From the NCBI GenBank assembly GCA_030390025.1, contig CM059433.1, positions 21,144,001-21,208,000 on the forward strand: a stretch of 64,000 nucleotides of DNA, written 5' to 3'. Positions 50,615 to 63,116 of the stretch are shown here, piece after piece. This DNA is from Squalus acanthias (lineage: Eukaryota). A program made the position numbers and the translations under genes. A model generated the notes under the pieces. That model ran no database searches and was not told the origin of the DNA. It saw only the letters and a program-made list of their open reading frames with translations. The stretch's first letter is position 1, and each line of letters starts with the position of its first letter.

Positions 50615-51048
50615 GTAAGTCTTTTTTTTCATTTTTTGATCACCACTCAATAACACATGAAGTGATTATCTGAAAAAGATTGGTTTGAATTAAATTTCTA
50701 TTGCTATTTTCCAGGAAGCAAAATGATTTATTTTGTAATGTGAGGAAGCAGAATTTTGTTGCTTGTTTAAATGTTGTCTTCATAATGAGCTAGGTGTTCG
50801 TCCTTCTCTTCACCCTAACCTTTTCTCTCTTTTTGGCGTACATGCTCTGCATTTCCATCAGTCACATGATGAGCACGGGTCCAAATTACTTTATTTTATT
50901 TGCTTCAGGTTGGAATGGCATATTGACAAACAGAAGTATATAAGCAATGATTGGTGTGGAACATGATCAACATATTTACAAGCCTGAAGGAGGGTGCATA
51001 TTGTTGACCTATCACTTAGGAATAGTTAAGGAGCTCTGGGTCAATATT

Positions 51049-51383
51049 CTTCTTCTTAGGCAGTCCCTCGGAACCGAGATGACTTGCTTCCACACTAAAA
51101 ATGAGTTCTCAGGTGACCGATGAGTCCAATGCGGGACCTACAGTCTCTGTCACAGGTGGGGCAGACGGTGGTTGAAGGGGCGGGTGGGTGGGGTGCGCGG
51201 GTTGACGTGCGCTCCTTCCGTTGTTTGCGCTTGGCTTCCGCTTGCTCCTGGCGAAGAGACTCGAGGTGTTCGGCGCCTTCCCGGATGCTTCTCCTCTACT
51301 TTGTGCGGTCTTGGGCCAGGGATTCTCAGGTGTCGGTGGGGATGTTGCACTTTTTCAAGGAGGCTTTGAGGGTGTCCTTGAAG
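51049..51383 (-). mobile_element. RTE LINE 3' fragment
   Basis: KDTLKASLKKCNIPTDTWESLAQDR..., C-terminal CPTCDRDCRSRIGLIGHLRTH zinc finger, (aag)n tail; 14-bp TSD tctgggtcaatatt at 51035 and 51384. Confidence 0.92.
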
Positions 51384-51449
51384 TCTGGGTCAATATTACT
51401 ATTAATGGGAGACACTAAACTGACAACCCAACTGATTAATATCTCAGTT

Positions 51450-52706
51450 CATAGAATCATAGAATGGTTACAGCACGGAAGAAGGCCATTCGGCCCGTCG
51501 AGCCCATGCTGGCTTTCTGCAGGAGCACTTCAGCTAGTCCCACTCCCCCGCTCTTTCCCCGTAGCCCTACAAATTTCTTTCCTTCAGATACTTATCCAAC
51601 TCCCTTTTGAAAGCCATGATTGAGTCTGCCTCCATCACCCTTTCAGGCAGTGCATTCCAGATCCTAACCACTCGCTGCGTAAAAAGGTTTTTTCTTACGT
51701 CGCTTTTGGTTCTTCTGCCAATCACCTTAAATCTGTGTTCTCTGGTTCTCGACCCTTCAGCCAATGGGTACAGTTTCTCTCCATCTACTCTGTCCAGACC
51801 CCTCATGATTTTGAACACCTCTATCAAATCTCCTCTCAATCCTCTCTGCTCCAAGGACAACAACCCCAGCTTCTCCAGTCTATCGACGTAACTGAAGTCC
51901 CTCATTCCTGGAATCATTCTCGTAAATCTTTTCTGCACCCTCTCTAAGGCCTTTACATCCTTCCCCAAATGTGGTGCCCAGAATTGAACACAGTACTCCA
52001 GTTGGGGCCGAACCAGTGTTTTATACAGGTTCATCATAATTTCCACACCTTTGTAATCTATACCTCTATTCATGAAGCCCTGGACCCCGTAAGTCTTTTT
52101 AACTGCTTTCTCAACCTGCCCTGCCACCTTCAACGATTTGCACATACATCCCCCCAGGTCTCTCTGTTCGTGACCCCCTTCAGGATTGTACTATTTCATT
52201 TATATGTCCTCTCCTCATTCTTTCTACCAAAATGTATCACTTCACACTTTTCTGCCACGTGTCTGCCCATTTCACCAGCCTGTCTATGTCTTCCTGAAGT
52301 CTATCACTCTCCTCCTCACTGTTCACTATATTTCCAAGTTTTGTGTCATCTGCAAATTTTGAAATTGTGCCCTGTACACCCACGTCCAAGTCATTAAGAT
52401 ATATATCAAGAAAAGCAGTGGTCCTAGAACCGACCCCTGGGGAACACCACTGTATACCTTCCTCCAGTCCGAAAAACAACCATTCACCATTACTCTCTGT
52501 TTCCGATCACTTAGCCAATTCCGTATCCATGCTGCCACTGTCCCTTTTATTCCATGGGCAAGCCTATTATGTGGCACTTTGTCGAACGCCTTTTGGAAAT
52601 CCATGTACAGTATGTCAACTGCATTACCCTCATTAACCCTCTCTGTTACCGTATCAAAGAACTCAATCAAGTTAGTTAAACACCATTTGCCTTTAACAAA
52701 TCCAAG
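51450..52706 (-). mobile_element. 5'-truncated CR1 LINE (second subfamily)
   Basis: [46 protein letters not shown]; (attctatg)n tail. Confidence 0.95.
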
Positions 52707-53017
52707 TTGGACCAAGGTGCTGTTTTAATTCTGATTAACTTGTAGAATTTATAGGGGGTACTCATTTGGTTACTCCTACATACTCTGTTTGTACTACAGA
52801 TATAGTATGAAATGTTGCATTAGAACAAAATGTAACATTGACTTTATTCATTTAATTTTATTTTGGCAAAGAATATTCAACCTCAAGCAAGTTCTTTTGT
52901 TAAGCGGGTGTACACCTTTCCAACAGATTTTGTCTACCATCTTGAAATCTTTTTATGGAAGGTAGATCTCTTTAGTCTTGTAAATGTATTCAGTATAAAA
53001 TACACTTTCTCAGTCTA

Positions 53018-53130
53018 GGTGTGTAACCATCTCGTTAACTGCTAGAATCAGGAGCACAATGCCATCTCATTGTCGGTGTGTAACCTTCCTGTTAATTGCT
53101 AGGATCAGGAGCACAATGCCATCTCAATGT
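53018..53130. repeat. 2 x 57-bp tandem duplication
   Basis: ggtgtgtaacc...atcaggagcacaatgccatctca at 53018 and 53075. Confidence 0.9.
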
Positions 53131-53777
53131 ATTTCCAAACTGCCAAGATTGAAACTTATCCAAATTTAAACCTCAAGTGAGTCACGAAAAAAAGATATTT
53201 AGATGAGCATTGTAACAAATTATTAAAATATATTCTATTTTTCAAGCACTGGTGAGGTAATCTGGGAATTAGGAGAAAGCAACCCCACACTGAATAAATT
53301 ATGTGAATAAGGAACCATTGAATAATAATAAAAGAAGATTTAATAAAGGTGACATGATGTTACTACATTTGGTAGCAACACCCTGAAGTGTCACGGAATG
53401 GAGGGATTTACATTTAAGTTCCCAGTTCTTCTGCATTGTTGATCTCAACTGCACTGAATGGAGAAGTGCTGAACAAAGTCTGGTGTTTTCCCGTGGGCAG
53501 CAGGTAAAATAGAATGAAGTGACCCTGCTGGGTCACCGTCACATGCGTCTTGACAGCTGCCTCAAAATAGCACTTTTTGTGGGCTGTGAATCTTCACATC
53601 CACAGAGCTATAGGGTTGGAGGGTGTCTGTTGAGGGAGGGGGGTGGGGGTGGGGGGGGGCGGGGAGGAAAATGGACAAGAAGGGAGTATGTAGTTTTCTG
53701 TGATAATCAAGTGGGCAAAAACACCAACCACGTTGTACTAAGCTGAACAAGCCAGAAGGTCCCCAGTTTGATACAAT

Positions 53778-55237
53778 GGGGGCGATTTTCTGACGCTGGA
53801 GGAGGCGGGTTTGGAGTAGGGAAAGGCGGGAAGATTCGAATTACTGAGGTCGGGTCAGAAACCCGACTCCAACCCGCCTCCGTGGGATTTTGCCGGTGCC
53901 GGTTTTGGCGGTCGGGAAACGCTCCCGCCTCCAGCTGGCCATAGTGTTAATTAACTACTGCAAATGCTTGTTAAGGGCCTCTCTAATCCTATTTTGAGAG
54001 GCCCTCTTGAATTTACCATCATTTCGGCGTGCTTCACGCAACTTCTGAACCACGCCAGGTAAACCTGGCGGGTTGACTCGTGGGTGGCCTCCTCACTGCT
54101 GCAGGTCTAACAAGACCTCGTTCACTGCAGCAAGGATTACTTGCAGGTGCCAGACCTTGGCTTTAAAAGGTCTCTGAGTGCTTTTAGAAGGCCTTCTGAA
54201 GTCGGAGGTGCTACAGCTTGACTCCATCAACTGTGGGACCTCCTGGGAAGAACCTCGCCCCGCTTACAATGAGCGCTTCCCCAGAGGAGGCATCTGCAAG
54301 CAGAATGGGAAACATTCATTTCCTTTCACCTTGGACCTCAGATGAGGATGAGGTTGAGGAGGAGGAGGAGGCTGAGGAGGAGGAGGATGATCTGGAGGAG
54401 GAGGAGCAGGAGGAGGAGCAGCAGGAGGAGGAGGAGGAGCAGGAGGAGGTCAGAGCGCCGGTGTTTCGACCAGCGGCAGTGGCAGCACGCGAGCACATGG
54501 CTGGCAGGGATGCAAGGGATGAACTTATCATGGCCAGATTTGTATAGGTTGGCCAAGTTGGCACATGTCCTTGGCTCCATGCCAGGACTTCATTGACAAT
54601 GGACATGACTCTCTGGCCTCCTTTCACCACAAGTGTGGCGTTGCCCGCAATGTGGAGCTGCCTAAGGCTAAGTAACAGATGGCATAACGCCAACATTTTG
54701 GCATCAAATCATGTTAATGCTTTCCAACAGGGATGATATTTCATCAATACACAGAAACAGTCTCCCAATCTGCGCACAGATCTGGAGGTTATATCCCTTG
54801 CCAGCTGTACCCACACAGCCTTGGTTTCTTTGGCAGGCCTCTTCCTCCGAGATGAGTGGAAGAGCACCTCCATGCTAGCTGTCACCCACTCCAACAACAT
54901 TTGCAGCGCCTCATCCAAGAGCCTCGGGTAGACCCTTGCCTTGGAATTGGACATAGTGGTTTCTCAAAAGATGTTGGAGGTGGTACAGGAGATGCAGAAA
55001 TGCTGTGGAATGAGCCAAGGGAGCAAGAAGCCATAAAATCAGACTGGGAAAGTGCTGTCAACAGAGGCGACTTTCAGTCCCAAAACACTAATTGAGCAAG
55101 GCAGCCCACACCTCTGAAATCAAGTGGCCAATCATGGGAAAATCTCAATTTTTTGAAAACTATCAGTGGAGGCGAGTTTCTCACACACCCAAGCCGAAAC
55201 CCGCCTCCATCTCGCCTCCAGTGAGAAAATCGCCTCC
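53778..55237 (+). mobile_element. Harbinger deletion derivative related to 37511-39954
   Basis: TIRs gggggcgattttct / agaaaatcgcctcc; collinear with 37511 except that the transposase core is missing; same truncated Myb (ORF 54709-54954). Confidence 0.9.
54343..54448 (+). repeat. (GAG)n-rich poly-Glu tract
   Basis: Read directly from the sequence; ORF 54218-54547. Confidence 0.9.
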
Positions 55238-56389
55238 CTTGTCTTAGCTGAATTCATCTGGGGCAGTGATCAGGTGCTATAATTGGCTTCAGCACCCTGA
55301 GGTTACGAAGGGGAAAAGACAGCCAGCATTCTATTCCCGGTATTGTGTTGATCAGAAAGTATACCATTATGGATGCCAGGTGAGGACAAGGTCAGGTTTG
55401 CCTGTGATACACTCTGTGGTCACCAGTGTGTTACTGGAGCCCAAGGAACCATAGTCGAGTAAGAATGAGTGCCTCAGAGAAAGAGGAGTGAAACTTACAG
55501 GTTTAAAAGCTGTTTATATTAAAAAAAACTTCTTAATTTTGCTTGTTTGTGTGTGAGTTTGGACCTGAACTATACATATTGTTACTTGAAGTTTCTGTAA
55601 AACGCACTATAGCAAAGTGAACAAGCACTTGACAGCTGAAAGAGCACCAGCCAGCACTGAGCATAAGGCAAATTAGAGACATGTTGGTTATGTAGCTTCA
55701 TAGCATTCGAATCACAAAAATCTTCACATGGTTTGGTACAACAGATGGTAGATTGAATAGGAGGGTCAGATGTTTGGTTCAGTCAATGGTGATAAGATAA
55801 TCCTCAAGATTAGCTGAGTTGCACTGACACCGTCTTTGCCAACCAAATCACCATGCCAAGAGCAATGGACATGTAGTCTGGATTGTTCAATTGGGACCAT
55901 CAATTATGAAATTGGGCAGAATTCTGTTGCACCAGATCTCCACCCAGTATTTTGCTTGTCCTATTCTCTGGCATCATTTCCAGAGCTCACATGAAGCACC
56001 TGTCTATTTTGCTGGCGGTTGCATCCAAATGAAGTGAAAATAACATCATGCTGTTTTCTGTCCCATTTCTGTCTTTCCACCTCATTTGTGCTGTTTTCTC
56101 TTGTCGCTTGTAAAAGACAGGCGTGCAGAGTTGCAGGGTCCTGGGGAGAAGGTGGGAGAGAATTTGAAGAACCAAACATCAACATTGTTAGCAACAGCTT
56201 TTGGAAGGTTGTTCCTTGCTGATGCCAACTACCTTGACGTTTCCCTCTGTGCCATTTGCCGTGGGGCTGCCATTTTTCCCTCCCAGCATTTCACACAAGA
56301 CGCAATGGCTTTTGCATCTTTACTTTTTAGGAAGAAGAAAAGGAGCAGTAGATGCTAGGCTTACCACGCAGTGCCTGAGGTGCACAGCA

Positions 56390-57120
56390 CCCACTCGCTG
56401 GGACAGAGAACTAAAGAAGAGATTAGGCAGCACGGTGGCATAGTGGTTAGCACTGTTACCTCACAGCGCCAGGGACCCGGGTTCGAATCCGGCCTCGGGT
56501 GACTGTCTGTGTGGAGTTTGCACATTCTCCCCGTGTCTGCGTGGGTTTCCTCCGGGTGTTCCGGTTTCCTCCCACAGTCCAAAGATGTGCGGGTTAGGTT
56601 GATTTGGCTATGATAAATTGACCCTTAGTGTCAGGGGGATTAAATACGGGGATAGGGTGGGATATGTGTCGGTGCAGGCTCGATGGGCCGAAATGGCCTC
56701 TATCTGCACTGTGGGGATTCTGTGATTACGGAAGTGTTTGCTATGGAATGCGGTGCGCTATGAAGCTGAAGCATGAACGCTGAGCAAAGAGATCAGGCTT
56801 CCAGAGAGTTTGGAGATGTGAGTTTGGAGACGCACAGAGAAAGTGCAGTGGATAACAATGATACCAGAGGAACGTAGTTTGATTGATGTCATCAGAAAAA
56901 GGCAAATAAATTTGATTGGGCGTGTGCTGAGAGGGGATGGGATGTTGAAAGCGGTGTTCGAAGGACAGATAGAGGGGAAAAGACCAATAGGGAAGAGAAG
57001 AAGGATGCTTCTGAGCCCATCCAAAGAATGGGAGATCGTATGGAGAATTGAAGAGAGAAGCACAAGAATGGTTTGGAGATGGGAGAATTGAGCTAGAATC
57101 TGCCTTGATGATGATGATGC
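56390..57120 (+). mobile_element. old RTE-clade LINE 3' end, interrupted by a V-SINE
   Basis: IRKRQINLIGRVLRGDGMLKAVFEGQIEGKRPIGKRR; (gat)n tail. Confidence 0.8.
56426..56723 (+). mobile_element. V-SINE (HE1-like)
   Basis: tRNA head with A/B boxes (gtggcatagtgg, ggttcgaatcc), V-domain tgtgtggagtttgcacattctccccgtgtctgcgtgggtttcctccggg, CR1-type tail; gatta on both flanks. Confidence 0.92.
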
Positions 57121-57149
57121 ACATTTTTGTATTTGTGGAAGAAGCAGTC

Positions 57150-57544
57150 ACTGATTAATGCAAAATGCTGCAAGTGAACCTTCAGCACACCTTTAACGCA
57201 GGCACAGATGCTTTAAGCGAATAGCAGATACATTGCTTGTTGGAGCAAGCAATTTCATCACCTTCCCCATGGACAATCAGTAGCAGCATGACTAGACAGT
57301 GCAATTTTACAGAGTTGTAGCATTTTTGATGGTCCAAAAGTCATAGATTGCACCCAGGTTCTCCCTTGCTCACTGCTACAATCTACGTTAACAGGAAAGG
57401 ATTCGCCCCAGCAGCACCACCTTATGCAACTAAATATTTCACTTCCCTGGGAACAGGCATGTTGCTTTTATTTTAAAGCAGTCCACCTTGGGAGACTCTT
57501 GGGAGACCAAAGCTATCCTCTGCCGCCGTGGTTCCTGACCCCAT
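57150..57544 (+). pseudogene. old HARBI1-like transposase relic
   Basis: VIDCTQV, VNRKGF and LGDQSYPLPPWFLTP motifs in order. Confidence 0.75.
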
Positions 57545-59329
57545 AGCCGGAATTTTACCGGCACTCAGAGTGCAGGTTTGGAGGCGGGTCCGCTGTCAAA
57601 ATCACAAAGATTGACAGCGGGGCGGTATCCCGCTGTAAACCCGCCTCCTTGCCAGTTTCCCAAGTGCCGGGTCTGTCATCCCTGAACAGACCCGACACCA
57701 AGCGGCGGGTCAGCCAATTTAGATTGTTAAAAGCTTATTAAAAGGTAGTTAAGAACCATTTTCCCATGTACTTACCATTTTACCAGGTTTTCAACGAGGT
57801 TCCCGGAGAGCGGCTATCACGTCAGGTAAGTATGTCGGGTTCTCAATGACTGTGGATTACTGTGAATAGGTGAAAGCTGCAAAAGTGGGATGAAACATAC
57901 CATTTCACAGCTGTTCACTTCCCAGTCTTAGAAGCTGGAGCATTAATGATTTGGAACCCAATTTTGAGCTATATGCACTTTTGAAGTGTTTGGAGTAATC
58001 TCTCTATCCACTGTCACCTCCTTGGAACAACCTATCTCAACATTGACAGATTACTTCTGTCATCTTAACCTCACCTGCCATCTATTCCATCAGCATTGGT
58101 GCCCTTGAAAAATTCTCACCTTGGTCCTCAGAATCCCAACACAATCAGACCCAACACCAGCATCACCGGGCACACCAGCAGCACCAACATCCACACCAAC
58201 CTTCTCCGCAATCAACTGATGCTGCACTGGATACAGGGCATCATCACCCGTGCACATTGCTGCCCGGGACGCCAGCGATGGCCTCACCATGTCCAGATTT
58301 GCTTCACTTAACACTGTAAACCCTGGCTGCCACATGATGCACCAGGTTGGCAGCACCCCACACCAGCACCATAAAGCATCCCTGCAATGTCCAAGCCATT
58401 CCTTTAACACTCATGACCATTGCGGGGGAGGGGGGGGTGGAAGTTATGTCTCATCATTCATTGGAACTCATTAAGACACTTTCAAAGGTGCACACAAATC
58501 TGTCCAAGAAGGCAAAGTGGTGACAATAAGGATTTCAATGCTTGACAACACATTAACAGAATGTTTACACGACCATTGCATAAAACACCCAAGTGCATAC
58601 CCTTGTGTGTTGTTAGTTGGTATGATTGGATTAGGATGAGGGTGAGTGTGAGGGGTGGCTAGTGAGATGGGGAAGTGATAATGTAGATAGAGAGGGATGG
58701 GGGGAGGTGCAAGGTAAGTTGGTGTGAGTAAGGATGTGCAGGAGTAGGGTAGGGAAGGCAGAGTGATGGGGATGTGATGAGTGGCACAGGAGGATGAGGT
58801 TGAGTGTTGCAGTAACATTTCGTGATCTACTGTGATCATTGAAAGGTTTGCGCCACTGCAGCCTGGTCCTCCTGACAACATCCCTGCTTGTGTCCTCCTG
58901 TGCAATGTGCAACCAGGCTGCGTTGGTCTCCTGGGGAGGTCTCTACCGCCCATTGGAATGGAAGAGAACCTCTCTGCGTGCTGTGACTCCCTCCATAAGC
59001 ATATGGAGGGAGTCATGGGAGAGCCTGGGTGCAGCCATGCACCTTTGTGCAGTGCTTGTCATAGTTTGCAGCACCTCAATGCTGTAGAACACTGACAGCA
59101 CCACTGTCAAAAATGAATGTGGGCATGGCCCCTTTAAGGATGACACATCATCAAATGACGTCATCAGACCCGCTTCCTTTTAATTGGCTGGAAACCTCGC
59201 AGGGCGAGCTTATCAAGCCCAATCAGGGCAAAATCACTTGGAGGAGGTGGGATGAAGACGGGTGCGGAGTTTGAGACCGCTGTCTGCTCCGGCCATACCA
59301 GTCTCGCCACGGCTGGCGAAATCACGGCC
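57545..59329 (+). mobile_element. Harbinger deletion derivative (Myb-like region on the - strand, transposase termini only)
   Basis: TIRs agccggaattttaccgg / gctggcgaaatcacggcc; cat TSD; MAAPRLS..MLMEGVTARREVLF..WLHIAQEDTSRDVVRRTRLQWRKPFND. Confidence 0.88.
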
Positions 59330-59576
59330 CATGTGTGCTATCATACAACATGAGCTTAGCACTCATGCAATGAGGGGGCTTGTCAAACCCCTAGGATGGC
59401 CTGGATCCCAAATTGGGCTACACTTCTGCCACCAAGAATCTGGTACGACTGCTTTTGCACTGTGTCTTCACCCAGCTTACCAGCTGCCCAATGGATGGCA
59501 GGTTGGGGCTAGAGGAACTCATGGCCTGGAAGTCCTCTCCTCCTGATAACACCCTGTTTTACATGAGGGACCACTC

Positions 59577-60203
59577 TGCCCTCGATAGTAACGATCCCAC
59601 AACGGGCGGGAGAGTGTCGGGGGTTAAAGAGTTAAATACAGGGAACGCGACCCCATCAAGCTGCGCACACGTCCAACACCTTTTTATGGTGGTGGACATT
59701 GGGGTGTACAAGTGTCTCGCTGTGGAGAGGTGGGATACTTAATCAACATATTTAAATCAGGCTCCCACAGTGCAATTGGGAGCCTGATTTAAAATTTACT
59801 GCTGCTGTGCAGGTTTCCCAGGGCTCGGGAAACCCGGCAGTAAAAGGGAAGCGGGAGCTGCCAGCTCCACAAGGTAAGTGCCTCTTTCAGCACTGCTTGT
59901 GGGCTAGCAGGAGCAGGAGTGCGCCCCCCAGCCCCTCAAAGAAGCCTTCGGTCTTCCCCAGCCTCCCCACCCCCAGCCCTCCTGATCACGGGCTCTCTCC
60001 CCCCTCTTGATCGCTGCCTGTCTTCCCCCTCCCGACTGGCCCCAAGGGTTCCCGGCTGCAGCCTCCAGCTGCTGGTGATCCCTCCCGACCGCCGGCCAGG
60101 CTGTCGATTTGACCGGCTGCTGGGCGGGAAACGGATCGAAAAAATGAAACCTTCTTCATCTGTTTTTGGCCTCCCCCGCACCCTCCCCGTAAATACTGGG
60201 GCC
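59577..60203 (+). mobile_element. Harbinger-type MITE, family B
   Basis: aaggtaagtgcc..cagcactgcttgtggg core; right end aaatactggggcc; left end approximate. Confidence 0.7.
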
Positions 60204-60777
60204 ATTGTATCTGCATCCTGGTCTAATTCATGGCTTTTCACCGGACTCCTGTCAAACTGATGGTGAGAGTGTGGTGGAAGACCTGCGGATATTTGGCACT
60301 GTGCACTTCTGACAGCTTGTTGGTTGTTAAATTATAATATTAACAGTTTTACCCCACTTCCAATACCCAATGCAGGAATGCATTAAATAAAGAGAAGAGA
60401 AAAGAAGACACAAGACTGGAGGTTGATGAAAGAAGCAGGGAAGGCAGTCTAAAATTTATGACATGGTTGCCTGCCTTATCTGCAGCTGTCTTGATTTTGA
60501 AGGGTGCAACAAGCAAGTGGGGAACACTCCATGAGATTGCAGCTTGATTAATACACGGAACAACCCTCCAATATTCAATCATCAGCCTCAGTATTTCATC
60601 TGTTCCCTAAGATGAAAATTTTCCACTGACCTGGAAGCTGCCGTTTATCTCTTTGGTGAGATCATTCGGGGCTTTATGCCAACCAATGATGTCACGTGGT
60701 TTGTTACTGGCTGAATTACATGGAGTCCTAAAAGATCTTGGTGGTTTTTACAATAGGATACAGAATGCCCATTAATA

Positions 60778-61160
60778 TACATAAGAACATAAACATAAGA
60801 ATTAGGAGCAGCAGTAGGCCATACGGCCCCTCAAGCCTGCTCCACCATTCAATAAGATCATGGCTGATCATCAACCTCAACTCCACTTTCCTGCCCTATC
60901 CCCATTACCCCTTGATTCCTCTAGAGTCCAAAAATCTATCTATCTCAGCTTTGAATATACTCAACGACTGAGCATCCACAGCCCTTTGGGGCAGAGAATT
61001 CCAAAGAATCACAACACTCTGAGTGAAGAAATTCCTCCTCATCTCAGTCTTAAATTGCCGACTCCTTATCCTGAGACTATGTCCCCTAGTTCTAGACTCT
61101 CCAGCCAAGGGAAACAACCTCTCAGCATCTATCCTGTCAATCCCCCACAGAATCTTATAT
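60778..61160 (-). mobile_element. CR1 LINE 3' fragment
   Basis: FPLAGESRTRGHSLRIR..ILWNSLPQRAV; acataagaacata tail. Confidence 0.92.
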
Positions 61161-61219
61161 ATTTCTTATACATAAAACTTAATTTCTATTTACTCAGTAG
61201 CAAGGAAAGATAAAACAAT

Positions 61220-62101
61220 GGGGGAAAAATTCAGTTGGTTGCGCCTCCCGTTAGCGCCTTAAGAGGGCGCTAATGGGGCGCAAATCATCTAGCACCCAGA
61301 CGCGGCCATGTTTGCGCCGCTCGCGAAATTAACTAGACATTTTGCGGCGGCGCTAAACACTACCGCCACGATCTCCTGGCCGGCAAATCGTGACGTCAGT
61401 CGAGTGCGCAACGCCCCGGTATCGCCCCGGAGCGGATATTGAGTGGCGCCCCCTGCCTTACCGCCTGACGCAAGCAACGACAGGTTGAGGGGAGCGTTCT
61501 GCAGTCATGAAGGGAAAGGGGGAGCGCTATTTAAAGGTGACCGCTTCCTGCCTTTTATTGTTGGTGCCATTTTTGAACTACGCATTCTGAGAGAGAGAGG
61601 GAGAGACTTCTGGAGAGATTCAACGCTGTGTTTGGGTACTGAGCAGCACTTTGCAGGTTCATTTTGATTTGCCATTCCTTGTATCGATTTAGAAGAGACT
61701 TTGGTCCTGCACTCTGAGCTCTTTGCCTGGTACTCTCCATTGTTCTTTCCAGCACATTTGATGTGCAGGTCTCTCCAGGCAGAGATTCAAGGATGCAATG
61801 AGCAGGATGTGGATGGAAAGCAAGATTAACCATCCCCTTTAAGAACTGGCCCGTGCCATTGTGTGTGTGTTCCATTGCTGACTGACATTACATGAGCTTC
61901 GCCAGCGCTCTGAGGTAGCGCCTCGCTCCTCGGCCTTTGCGCCTTAAGACAGGTGTGAAGCGCCTGATTTCGCGCTCCAATCACCTCCAGGGGCGATAAA
62001 AGTCAAGTTTGCAGTCGGTGGCGATAATTAGCGCCAGGCGCTAATCTTTGCGCCCGGCCGATAATTGCGCCCCAAATGGGGCGATACTGAATTTCTCCCC
62101 C
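61220..62101. mobile_element. Harbinger-type MITE, family C
   Basis: TIR gggggaaaaattcagt / actgaatttctccccc; aat TSD; GGCGCT/TAGCGCC motifs. Confidence 0.88.
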
Positions 62102-62151
62102 AATATTTCTATTAAATATAAATACAAACTACTTTCTCTTGGAATTTGTAG

Positions 62152-62843
62152 GTCCCCATCTGCTGCTGAAACTCTCATCCATGATTTTGTTACCTCTAGA
62201 CTTGTCTATTCCAATGCTCTCCTGGCCGGCCTCCCATCTTCCACCCTACATAAACTTGAGCTCATCCAAAACTCTGCTGCCCATATCCTAACTCGCACCA
62301 AATCCCGTTCACCAAAAGCTTGGTCAAAGAAGTGGGTTTTAAGGAGCGCCGTAAAGGAGGAAAGAGAGGTAGAGAGGTGGACAGTCAGCTGTCCTAATAT
62401 TTCTGTGCACGCTGACCTACATTGACTTCCGGTCTGGCAACGCCTCAATTTTAAAATTCTCATCCTTGTTTTCAAATCCCTCCATGGCCTCGCCTCTTTC
62501 CCTATCTCTGTAACTTCCTCCAGCTCTACAACCCTTCGTGATCCCAGCACTCCTCCAATTCTGGCCTCTTGCACATCCCCTATTTTAATCACTTCACCAT
62601 TGGCAGACGTGCCTTCAGCTGCCGAGGCCCTAAACTCTGGAATTCCCTCCCTAAAACTCTCCACCTCGCTACCTCTCTTTCCTCCTTTAAGGCGCTCCTT
62701 AAAACCTACTTCTTTGACCAAGCTTTTGGTCAGCTGTCCTAATATCTCCTTATGTGGCTCAGTGTCAACGCTCCTGTGAAGCGCTTTGAGACATTTTACT
62801 GCATTAAAGGTGCTATATAATTGCAAGTTGTTTATGTTGTTGA
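62152..62843 (+). mobile_element. L2 LINE 3' fragment with an internal inverted duplication
   Basis: ETLIHDFVTSRLVYSNALLAGLP..IQNSAA; tail aaggtgctatataattgcaagttg. Confidence 0.9.
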
Positions 62844-62912
62844 ACAATAGTGCAGGTTCCTGTTAGTGAACTCTTCGTATCTATTCGCTGTGATCACTCA
62901 AAACGGTAAATG

Positions 62913-63008
62913 AAAAAAGAAAGTCTTGCATTTATATAGCGCCTTTCACGACCACCGGACGTCTCAAAGCGCTTTACAGCCAATGAAGTACTTTTGAAGT
63001 GGAGTCAG
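62913..63008 (-). mobile_element. DeuSINE 3' tail
   Basis: cttgcatttatatagcgcctttcacgaccacc..agccaatgaagtac. Confidence 0.85.
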
Positions 63009-63116
63009 TTGGAAAAATTCAGATGCAACACAATTAATGCAAATACTCATTTCTAATTTGTATTCAAATGGAAGTTTATTTGTGTGCACAAATAAACATT
63101 ACAATAAGTAGATAAT

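Noticed and set aside
51118..51140. ccgatgagtcc..gggac resembling a hammerhead core
   Set aside because: No GAAA follows; it is the antisense of the RTE zinc-finger codons (CRSRIGLIGH).
53700..55490. Possible old SINE split by the 53778 Harbinger (similar fragments near 4760-4910, 25930-26105, 34720-34850)
   Set aside because: Too decayed to assign a family or boundaries by eye.
56426..56500. tRNA gene candidate (also SINE heads at 10322, 23800, ~5800-5878)
   Set aside because: These are tRNA-derived SINE heads continuing into V- or Deu-domains, not standalone tRNAs.
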